A DNA stretch of 32,000 nucleotides from Flavobacteriaceae bacterium (GTDB lineage: Bacteria; Bacteroidota; Bacteroidia; Flavobacteriales; Flavobacteriaceae). Position 1 is the stretch's first letter. Each line of letters starts with the position of its first letter. A model generated the notes under the pieces. It made no database searches. It saw nothing but the letters and a program-made list of their open reading frames with translations, and was not told the DNA's origin. A program made the position numbers and the translations under genes. Of this stretch, positions 8,492 through 16,460 are shown in pieces. The stretch covers positions 2,100,001 to 2,132,000 of the forward strand of contig OZ245049.1 in the NCBI GenBank assembly GCA_965224465.1. Direction: 5' to 3'.

Positions 8492-10012
8492 ATGTCGTTT
8501 CCTATTGTACATTCAATTTTATCTTGGTTTTTAAAAAAAAGAAAACATCAAATAGCACTTTTTTTAGAACACCCCACTGAAGTACAAAACGAATTGCTCT
8601 TCAAGTTATTAAAAACAGCTAAAAACACGGAATTTGGACAAGAACATCATTTCGAAAGCATTAGCTCTTACCAAGAATTCACGGAACAAATTCCAATACA
8701 ACAATACGAGTCTATAGAACCTTTAATAGAACGCACAAGGCTTGGCGAGCAAAATTTATTCTGGCCTAGTACAATTAAATGGTTTGCAAAAAGCAGCGGA
8801 ACTACCAATGCCAAAAGTAAATTTATCCCCGTCAGCGACGACTCTTTAAAAGACTGTCATTTTGAAGCAGGAAAAGACATGCTTTGTATGTATTTTAACA
8901 ACAATCCAGACGCTCAGCTTTTTACAGGAAAAAGTCTTAGATTAGGAGGTAGCAGTACTGTCTACAAAGAAAATAAATCCTTTTCTGGTGATTTGTCTGC
9001 CATCATTATAGAAAACATGCCTTTTTGGGCAGATTTTAGCAGCGCACCAAAACAAGAAACTGCTTTGATGAGCGAATGGGAATCAAAAATGGATGCGATT
9101 ATCAACGAAACTATTGACGAAAATATCACCGGATTGGCAGGTGTTCCCTCTTGGATGTTGGTCCTTTTAAATAGAGTTTTAGAACAAACAGGAAAATCCA
9201 ATATTTTAGAAGTTTGGCCTAATTTAGAAGTTTACTTTCACGGAGGCGTAAGTTTTACTCCTTATAAAGAACAGTTTAAAAAACTAATCCCTAGCGAACA
9301 ATTCAAATACTACGAAATATACAATGCCTCGGAAGGTTTTTTTGCCATTCAAGATCAAAACAACTCAGACGAAATGCTCTTAATGTTGGACTACGGCATC
9401 TTTTATGAATTTATTCCAATGGCAGATTTCAACGGAGAATCTTCCCTTGCCATTCCGTTATCCAAAGTTCAGAAAGACGTTAATTATGCTATGGTAATCA
9501 CTACCAATGGAGGTTTATGGCGCTATTTAATCGGAGACACTGTTAAATTTACATCTACAGACCCGTACCGCATCAAAATCACAGGGCGTACCAAGCATTT
9601 TATCAATGTTTTTGGAGAAGAACTTATCATAGAAAATGCAGAAGATGCCCTAGAAGTAGCCTGTACAAAAACAAGCTCCGAAATAATCGATTATACAGTG
9701 GCTCCTATATTTATGGAACAAGAAAAAAGCGGTGCTCACGAATGGATGATCGAGTTTAGAAAAGCTCCTAATTCACTCAAAGAATTCACCGATATCTTAG
9801 ACACACATTTAAAAAAAATAAATTCCGATTACGAGTCTAAACGATATCATAACATGACATTGGACATCCCTAAAACACATATTGCTACACAAGGATTGTT
9901 TTATAATTGGATGAAGAAAAAAGGAAAACTAGGAGGACAAAACAAAGTCCCTAGACTCTCTAACTCAAGACAATGGATCGATGAATTACTGACTATGAAT
10001 AACACCAATTAA
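8492..10012 (+). CDS. GH3-family (auxin-responsive-promoter-like) acyl-acid amido synthetase homologue
   Basis: The ORF track starts at TTG 8441. I prefer ATG 8492 (MSFPIVHSILSWFLKK...), which is preceded by an A-rich leader. The adenylate-forming signature FAKSSGTTNAKSKFIPVS and the ~500-aa length are typical of bacterial GH3 homologues. Confidence 0.8.
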   Translation: MSFPIVHSILSWFLKKRKHQIALFLEHPTEVQNELLFKLLKTAKNTEFGQEHHFESISSYQEFTEQIPIQQYESIEPLIERTRLGEQNLFWPSTIKWFAKSSGTTNAKSKFIPVSDDSLKDCHFEAGKDMLCMYFNNNPDAQLFTGKSLRLGGSSTVYKENKSFSGDLSAIIIENMPFWADFSSAPKQETALMSEWESKMDAIINETIDENITGLAGVPSWMLVLLNRVLEQTGKSNILEVWPNLEVYFHGGVSFTPYKEQFKKLIPSEQFKYYEIYNASEGFFAIQDQNNSDEMLLMLDYGIFYEFIPMADFNGESSLAIPLSKVQKDVNYAMVITTNGGLWRYLIGDTVKFTSTDPYRIKITGRTKHFINVFGEELIIENAEDALEVACTKTSSEIIDYTVAPIFMEQEKSGAHEWMIEFRKAPNSLKEFTDILDTHLKKINSDYESKRYHNMTLDIPKTHIATQGLFYNWMKKKGKLGGQNKVPRLSNSRQWIDELLTMNNTN

Positions 10013-10163
10013 AACCCAAAACAAATGATATAAATAGTTTATTTTACGCCATATCGTGTTTAAAAACAGAACGATAGCTAAGACTACCCTTTCTTTTTCC
10101 GCCTAGCTAAAACAAAAAATAATTCCATTTCTAAACCATCACTTGGAAATGTAGTTGGTCTAA

Positions 10164-12812
10164 CTATTTCCAAACAACAAGGTCTCTTGAAAGAGGGCTC
10201 TCCGCATATCTAATTTGAAACAACCGCGATTTAACAATCAATTTTCTACCTTCATGTCTGCGCCCAAAAACCAACTCTGATTTTCCAATATTTTTAAGCC
10301 AATACTTAAAAAACACATTGGCATCCGTCTTTTTTTCAAAAACATCTGGTACAGCATGTACGTTAAACATTCCTATTTTATGTCCTAACCAACTGTGCCT
10401 ATGTATTAAATACTTAGGAGATTGAATGGGCATCAACACTTGATTCAAAGCCATAACAAATATAGCATTCTCACGATACGTCGCCCCCTGTAAGGAGCAA
10501 GATACTTCCCCTTTATTCACTTTTTCAAAATCAATATAAAGTTTAGAAACAGGACTTGTAAACAGCTGTAAATCTTCCATAGTTAACAGAATAGTATGTG
10601 CTATTTTTTTTAATAACTTATGTGTATTTCCAAACAAAAAACAAGCCTTGACTAACTTGTAAGTCTTCGGTATTAAAAACACAAATAAACCACCTAAAAA
10701 CAATTTTAATACGGTAACAAAACCACCACTAAATACCGCTAAAAAATTATTTAGCACAAACTCTATCGTAAAAAATAGAAGACCAATACTCAGTTCCGAA
10801 AGCATTATTTTAACCATATCGGTTACCGCCTTACTCTTATTCTTTTTATGGATCTTAAAATCTAGAAAACTACTATTTATTTCTCTTCGTAATCGCGTTC
10901 CTTTGACACTACTTTTTCTCCATTGTTCACTTAATAAATCACGGTTTTTAGCCTTTTCGAAAAGAGCATCATTATAGCTATTAACATTAAAGTCTGATGG
11001 AAACTCACTCGGCATTCCCAAACGACCAATACCACTTGATATCGTATTAGACCTTGTATCTACACCAACAAAAGTATTAAACCTACGCTCCAATTGCTGG
11101 ACATCATGTCCACCAGTAACATCGGTCAAATCCACACTAGCTAAATGCCAAATACAACTTGTTTTCCCTTCTCCTTTAACCCGTATTGCCCTACCTCTCA
11201 TCTGATTTGACGTTACAAAAGACCCCACATTGGAAGCCATAATCAATGCATTAATAGCAGGTGCATCCCAGCCTTCTCCTAGGAGTGATTTAGTCCCTAT
11301 CAAAATAGAAATATGTCCCAGTTCAAAAAATGATGTGAGCACAGCCACTAAATTATTTTTCACTTTCTGTGAAACATTTATTTGTACAAAATCAGTGTCA
11401 TTTTCAATACGATTTATCTGTACATCTTTCAACGACAACTCCTTTTTTAACAATCCTAAAAGCGAACAATTAACAATAACAAGAGTCCCCGAAAGCACCG
11501 CAAGTTTAGAACAATCTATAGTACTGTTTTTTAAATAATGAAAAATAGGCACCACCCCCATTTTATCCACCCGATTTGTATAATCGGAATTCAACCCTAA
11601 AAACTCTTTTCTAATAAAATCTGTAAGGACCACCAAGCGCAATTCCTTTCCTAACTGCTCTTGTTCAAAACGTACAATATTTTTAATACTAACAAGTTTA
11701 TTTCTACTGTGAGTTAAATTTTTAAATACCCTATTATTCCCCAATAATTGGACATTATTTCTACTAAGTCCTCCTATTTTTCGCAAGGTTTTTTCTAGCG
11801 TACTCAATAAAAGTTCATCCTCTAAAAGCTGTCCTCTATTTGATATTAATAAGTGTTGTAATAAAATTTCTACCCAAGCCAAAGTCAACTTAGGGAATTG
11901 TATTTCATCCTCTTTTTCAAAACCAAAAAACGCTAATTTCTCACTACTAATAGTCACATTACAATGGTGTAAAAATATCAGGATTGAAGCAAAATAATTT
12001 GGGTATTTATACACGTCATCTAAAAACTCGGCTTCTAACAAATAATAAGGATGTGACTCTAAAAGGTGTACAAATTTTTTGTTTTCTTTTAAAAACTGAA
12101 CAAAGGTTGCTATTTTTTGGCGGTATTCAAAAATATACTGTACTTCATCTTTTTCTGGTTCGGAAAGATATACATAATCCTGATGTGGACACAAAGCCCG
12201 TTCTTTTACCAATTCTGGAATCGAAATTTCCTCATCTACAGGTCCACACAATTCGTAATACTTCTTCATTTCACTATGAGAACTATCAAAAGGCGGGGTT
12301 GCTGTAAGCGCAATAATAATTAAATCTGAATTGTTTTTTAATTCCATCAGTACACTCCACCATGCCTTTTTTAAATGATGGGCTTCATCTAATAAAAGGA
12401 CTTCAATACCGTGTTCTTTAAAATAATTCACAAAAACGGTAGTAGAACTCATGCTTTTATGCAACGCATACAATCCTTGATATGTAGAGAAATTCAATAC
12501 CTTTAGTTCTTTTACACTTAGAGAAATCCCTTCAAAAACAGCATTAGGGTCAAAAAACGAATCGAACCTATTTTTCCATTGGTGCTTAATTGTTAAGGTG
12601 GGAGACAGCACAAGTGTTCGTTTGTTTACACGTCTAATCATTTCTAAACCAAGAATGGTTTTTCCAGCACCTGGCGGAGCAATTACATGTAAGTGACGGT
12701 CTTGTTTATAGGTGTCAAAATTATTTAAAAAACGTTGCTGGTATTTCCTCCATGGAAAGAGAAAACGAATTTCAGGTGAAAAAACACCCTTACTTTTTTC
12801 GTTCAATAACAT
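10164..12812 (-). CDS. SF2 DEAH-box (ResIII-type) helicase with C-terminal transmembrane hairpin and unassigned C-terminal domain
   Basis: 882-aa ORF with an ATG start. Walker A is APPGAGKT (12657..12680) and motif II is DEAH (12378..12389). Motif III is LTATPP and motif V/VI is LLGEGWDAP...QMRGRAIR. Two adjacent hydrophobic ~20-aa segments lie at aa ~668-715 (nt ~10668..10811). The start overlaps the upstream polyprenyl synthase stop by 23 nt. Confidence 0.85.
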   Translation of the reverse strand: MLLNEKSKGVFSPEIRFLFPWRKYQQRFLNNFDTYKQDRHLHVIAPPGAGKTILGLEMIRRVNKRTLVLSPTLTIKHQWKNRFDSFFDPNAVFEGISLSVKELKVLNFSTYQGLYALHKSMSSTTVFVNYFKEHGIEVLLLDEAHHLKKAWWSVLMELKNNSDLIIIALTATPPFDSSHSEMKKYYELCGPVDEEISIPELVKERALCPHQDYVYLSEPEKDEVQYIFEYRQKIATFVQFLKENKKFVHLLESHPYYLLEAEFLDDVYKYPNYFASILIFLHHCNVTISSEKLAFFGFEKEDEIQFPKLTLAWVEILLQHLLISNRGQLLEDELLLSTLEKTLRKIGGLSRNNVQLLGNNRVFKNLTHSRNKLVSIKNIVRFEQEQLGKELRLVVLTDFIRKEFLGLNSDYTNRVDKMGVVPIFHYLKNSTIDCSKLAVLSGTLVIVNCSLLGLLKKELSLKDVQINRIENDTDFVQINVSQKVKNNLVAVLTSFFELGHISILIGTKSLLGEGWDAPAINALIMASNVGSFVTSNQMRGRAIRVKGEGKTSCIWHLASVDLTDVTGGHDVQQLERRFNTFVGVDTRSNTISSGIGRLGMPSEFPSDFNVNSYNDALFEKAKNRDLLSEQWRKSSVKGTRLRREINSSFLDFKIHKKNKSKAVTDMVKIMLSELSIGLLFFTIEFVLNNFLAVFSGGFVTVLKLFLGGLFVFLIPKTYKLVKACFLFGNTHKLLKKIAHTILLTMEDLQLFTSPVSKLYIDFEKVNKGEVSCSLQGATYRENAIFVMALNQVLMPIQSPKYLIHRHSWLGHKIGMFNVHAVPDVFEKKTDANVFFKYWLKNIGKSELVFGRRHEGRKLIVKSRLFQIRYAESPLSRDLVVWK

Positions 12813-13767
12813 AATTCACCATGGTCAATAGGGATTTTTTATACGGAGAATCTGGGTAAAATTCCAACATAGCAAGTGCTTTTTCTTGGTAGCGTTTCAT
12901 TTGTCCGATCGTGTATTCAATACCACCATTCTCTTTTACAAAATTGATCACTTCTTTTACCCTATTTTTATCAAGATTGTGTTTCTTTACCGAATTTATC
13001 AACCATTTTTTATCCTTTTCAGAACAATTATTTAAGGTATATATAAGAGGGAGTGTCATTTTCTGTTCCTTAATATCAATCCCTGTAGGTTTTCCAATTT
13101 TCGCATCTGTATAATCGAACAGGTCGTCCTTTATTTGAAAGGCGATCCCAATCAATTCTCCAAACAATCGCATGTTCTCAACCTCCTCTTTAGGTGCATT
13201 CACAGAAGCAGCCCCAATACCACAGCATGCGGCAATAAGTGTCGCTGTTTTTTGACGAATAATCTCAAAATAAACTTCCTCATCAATATCCAAGCGTCTT
13301 GCTTTTTCTATTTGCAAAAGCTCTCCTTCGCTCATTTCTCTTACAGCAACAGAAATTAACTTGAGCACATCAAAATCATCATTATCAATAGACAATAACA
13401 AGCCTTTGGACAGTAAAAAATCGCCGACTAAAACAGCAATTTTATTTTTCCACAAGGCATTTACCGAGAAAAACCCTCTTCTACGGTTGCTGTCATCTAC
13501 TACATCATCATGGACTAAAGTTGCAGTGTGAATTAACTCGATAATGGCAGCTCCCCGATAAGTACGCTCTTCAAATTTCCCGTCAGACACCATTTTAGCG
13601 ACTAAAAAAACAAACATTGGTCTCATTTGTTTTCCTTTTCTACGCACTATATAATGAGTGATTCTATTTAAAAGAGGAACCTTGGATGCCATAGCGTCTT
13701 TAAACTTATGTTCAAAACGCTCCATTTCAACAATAATTGGCTGTTTTATTTGTGCTATTAAATTCAT
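12790..13767 (-). CDS. Polyprenyl-diphosphate synthase (trans-isoprenyl diphosphate synthase family)
   Basis: Both aspartate-rich motifs are present: LVHDDVVDD (first DDxxD) and FQIKDDLFD (second). The track start at 13779 is TTG. I prefer ATG 13767 (MNLIAQIKQPI...). Chain-length specificity cannot be read from the sequence. Confidence 0.9.
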   Translation of the reverse strand: MNLIAQIKQPIIVEMERFEHKFKDAMASKVPLLNRITHYIVRRKGKQMRPMFVFLVAKMVSDGKFEERTYRGAAIIELIHTATLVHDDVVDDSNRRRGFFSVNALWKNKIAVLVGDFLLSKGLLLSIDNDDFDVLKLISVAVREMSEGELLQIEKARRLDIDEEVYFEIIRQKTATLIAACCGIGAASVNAPKEEVENMRLFGELIGIAFQIKDDLFDYTDAKIGKPTGIDIKEQKMTLPLIYTLNNCSEKDKKWLINSVKKHNLDKNRVKEVINFVKENGGIEYTIGQMKRYQEKALAMLEFYPDSPYKKSLLTMVNYVIERKK

Positions 13768-13786
13768 ATTCGAAACCAAAAATACG

Positions 13787-13794
13787 CAAAATTA
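13787..13794 (-). promoter_or_regulatory. Candidate -7 box (TAATTTTG) for the polyprenyl synthase-helicase transcription unit
   Basis: Plus-strand caaaatta is TAATTTTG on the minus strand, 20 nt upstream of ATG 13767. A second match (TATTTTTG, 13777..13784) lies closer in. Confidence 0.3.
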
Positions 13795-13880
13795 TTAAAT
13801 ATAAAGAAATAAAAATAGCTTGCGTTTTATTTTAATATAATGAACCAATGGTAAAATTAATTGCTTACTTTTGGCTTACA

Positions 13881-14540
13881 ATGAGATACTTAAAAAAAAC
13901 CCTATTTTTATTGATATTACTACCTCTACTTGTGAGTTGTTTTGAAATCATAGAAGAAGTTACCCTGCACAAAAACGGATCAGGATCGATAACATTAACA
14001 TTAAACTTAAGTCAGAGTAAATCGAAACTTTCGTCAATAATGCTCCTAGACAGCATCAATAATTACCGTGTTCCTTCGGAGTCTGAAATAACAACTTTTA
14101 TTGCAAAAATAAAAAAGAAAATACAGAATACTTCAGGAGTTTCAAATGTAAAAACCACTCTAAATTTTGACAATTACATACTCAAATTTTCATGTGATTT
14201 CAAAAACGTCAACGCATTAAATCAAGTTATTTCCAACTTTGATAAATCGAATTCAGCCAATACAAACCAGTTCTACTACAGCGCTAACAAACAGCTATTT
14301 AAAAGGAGTTACCCTTATGATTTGGTCAAAGAATTCAATAAAATAAAGCAAGCAGATAAGAAGATATTAAAGGATGCTTCTTTTACGACTATCTATCGAT
14401 TTGATCAAGAAATCTCAAGCACATCCAACTCCCTTTCAAAAATATCTCCGAATAAAAAAGCGGTATTAATAAAGGTATCAGGAGCTGCATTGGTCTCAGG
14501 TAAAAACTCTATTAAAAACAAAATTCAATTACTAAAATAA
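13881..14540 (+). CDS. Predicted lipoprotein, function unknown
   Basis: The track ORF starts at ATG 13848. The internal ATG at 13881 gives a textbook lipoprotein signal, MRYLKKTLFLLILLPLLVS|C. I recognise no catalytic motifs. The start choice is uncertain, because a TACTTTTG box at 13866..13873 sits only 8 nt before 13881. Confidence 0.6.
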   Translation: MRYLKKTLFLLILLPLLVSCFEIIEEVTLHKNGSGSITLTLNLSQSKSKLSSIMLLDSINNYRVPSESEITTFIAKIKKKIQNTSGVSNVKTTLNFDNYILKFSCDFKNVNALNQVISNFDKSNSANTNQFYYSANKQLFKRSYPYDLVKEFNKIKQADKKILKDASFTTIYRFDQEISSTSNSLSKISPNKKAVLIKVSGAALVSGKNSIKNKIQLLK

Positions 14541-14553
14541 AAGAAAATAAATC

Positions 14554-16449
14554 ATGAATAAAAAAAACCCATTATCAATTCTATTTATACTCGCAGCAAT
14601 ATTCGCTTCAGCTCAATCAAGCTCTCTCGAATTTAAAATACCAGCAGATTCACAAGTGGTAGCTAGTGTAAATGGAGAACGAACATTAGAGCTACTTACG
14701 CTCATGGAATTCGAAAAATCAACTAGTGGAGAAACATTTTTAAAAGAACTCAATAGAAAGTCAGACAATCATATCCAATCTATCAAAGATTTTGGCTTTA
14801 AAATAAACTCAAAAGCATATTACTTTTACAGAGCAAACGATAGTATTTCAACACATAATTTAATTATTGAATTGGACAACAGAAGTAAGTTTGAAAAACA
14901 AGTATTTAAAAACTATGCAGAAGACATTGAATCTATAAACGGGATCCATTTTTTACAAATATACAGTACTATTTATGTTTGGAATAACGACTTATTAGTT
15001 ATGAGTACTGGAAAAATGTCTGCTTCATATTTCGATAAAATCGCAGATCGTATTGATCAACAAAACAAAAAAGAAACAGTAAAAGCAGAAGAAGTAGCAA
15101 AAGAAAAAGCAGCAGAAACAGAAGTAGAAGAAGTAGAAGAAGTAGAAGAAGTAGAAGTTGAATCAGTATTAGAATCAACAGAAACAGAAATAGAAGAAAC
15201 AATAATAGAATCAACAGATATAGTAGAAGAAGAAGTAGAAGTAGAAGAAGAAAGCTCCTGGGATGTAAAAAGAAGATTAAAAAAAGAATGGACAAGAGCC
15301 CAAGCACTTCAACTTTTAACACAATTGCCTCAAAATTCTATACTCACAAACAAGAGTTATCTCAAATCTAGAAACAGCAAAGCGTCCGCATCTTTATGGC
15401 TTAATAACTACGGAGATTTTATGACTATACTTTTAGAAGATGCCTTTAGAAAATTTCCAAAATTAAGTAGATCTTCGACCAAAGGTATCTTTGGACTAAA
15501 ATCCTTCAATGCAAATTTGTTTTTCAATGAAAAAAATGTAGAACTCAAAACCACCTTATCTTTAAATAAGGAATGGAGTAAAGCTTACAAAGAAATATAC
15601 AATAAAAAGTTTAATAAAAAATTCTTTAAATATTTTAACAAAGACAACGCATTGGCGTATGTTAATTTAACATTAAGTACAGAAGGGCTCCTTAACACCT
15701 ACCCTAATCTCATGGCTACCACCTATGAGGGTATACTTCCAACATATAGTGAAGAAACAAGAATAGCTGTAGAATTATTTAACATTATATTAGATGAAGA
15801 AGCTATAGACGATTTAATAGGAGGAGATTTCTTATTTGTTTTAAACGATATCAAAGAAAAAGAAGTAAGTTATGTAAGCTATGACTACGACGATAACTAT
15901 AAAAGAACAGAGGTTACAAAAACAAAAAAAGAGATTGTACCAGAATTCACATTAATGATTGGCTCTAAAAACGAGCAATTCATGAAAAAACTGATTCGCT
16001 TAGGAGTTAAACATCACTTAGTAGACAACCTAAACAGCTATTACTCTATTGTAACAACTAAAAAGCTACCTGTAGATATTTTTGTTGGAATCAAAGACAA
16101 GATTATTTTCCTAACGACTTCGGAAGAACAAATAAAACAAATAATGAATGGCAGTTTTATTTCTAATGTTGGAAAACATAAAAGAGCTTTGTTAAAAAAC
16201 TCGATGACAATCTACATCAATGGAACTGGAGTTATCAAACAAACTCCTGAAGAAATGCTCCCATCAGATAAGGGGTTTAAACCTTTAATTGAAAACATCA
16301 ACACTCTTAATATAGAAATGCAACTAAGCACCTCGAAAATCAGAAGAAACCAAATTCACACAAACTTAATCATTAACACACCAGGAGCAAAAAAGAATAG
16401 CCTTCACTACTTTTTTGACATCTTAAACCAAATATTCAACAAACAATAA
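14554..16449 (+). CDS. Secreted protein with central acidic Glu/Val-rich repetitive linker, function unknown
   Basis: 631-aa ORF, 13 nt after the previous gene. The signal peptide is MNKKNPLSILFILAAIFASAQS. An acidic tract AEEVAKEKAAETEVEEVEEVEEVEVESVLESTETEIEETIIESTDIVEEEVEVEEE lies at aa ~178-232. I could not assign a family by eye. Confidence 0.75.
   Translation: MNKKNPLSILFILAAIFASAQSSSLEFKIPADSQVVASVNGERTLELLTLMEFEKSTSGETFLKELNRKSDNHIQSIKDFGFKINSKAYYFYRANDSISTHNLIIELDNRSKFEKQVFKNYAEDIESINGIHFLQIYSTIYVWNNDLLVMSTGKMSASYFDKIADRIDQQNKKETVKAEEVAKEKAAETEVEEVEEVEEVEVESVLESTETEIEETIIESTDIVEEEVEVEEESSWDVKRRLKKEWTRAQALQLLTQLPQNSILTNKSYLKSRNSKASASLWLNNYGDFMTILLEDAFRKFPKLSRSSTKGIFGLKSFNANLFFNEKNVELKTTLSLNKEWSKAYKEIYNKKFNKKFFKYFNKDNALAYVNLTLSTEGLLNTYPNLMATTYEGILPTYSEETRIAVELFNIILDEEAIDDLIGGDFLFVLNDIKEKEVSYVSYDYDDNYKRTEVTKTKKEIVPEFTLMIGSKNEQFMKKLIRLGVKHHLVDNLNSYYSIVTTKKLPVDIFVGIKDKIIFLTTSEEQIKQIMNGSFISNVGKHKRALLKNSMTIYINGTGVIKQTPEEMLPSDKGFKPLIENINTLNIEMQLSTSKIRRNQIHTNLIINTPGAKKNSLHYFFDILNQIFNKQ
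15121..15156 (+). repeat. Perfect in-frame tandem repeat (GAAGTAGAA)x4 encoding (EVE)4
   Basis: The direct read of 15121..15160 is gaagtagaa gaagtagaa gaagtagaa gaagtagaa gttg. It is flanked by degenerate GAA/GTA-rich sequence up to ~15255. Confidence 0.95.
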
Positions 16450-16460
16450 GAGTATCATTT

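Noticed and set aside
10087-10121. TAGCTA ... TAGCTA self-complementary hexamers between the convergent GH3 and helicase genes
   Set aside because: It is a 6-bp stem with a 23-nt loop and no adjacent T-run. That is too weak to call a terminator.
10164-12812. Calling the helicase a phage-defence system
   Set aside because: It has no adjacent nuclease, methyltransferase, sensor ATPase or mobile-element genes. It is flanked by and overlaps housekeeping genes. Unusual architecture alone does not justify a defence label, so it is reported only as an unexplained fusion.
14999-15322. 107-aa Leu/Phe-rich minus-strand ORF from the track
   Set aside because: It is the antisense mirror of the GAA/GTA-rich acidic tract of the 631-aa plus-strand gene. 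Its extreme low complexity gives no independent support.
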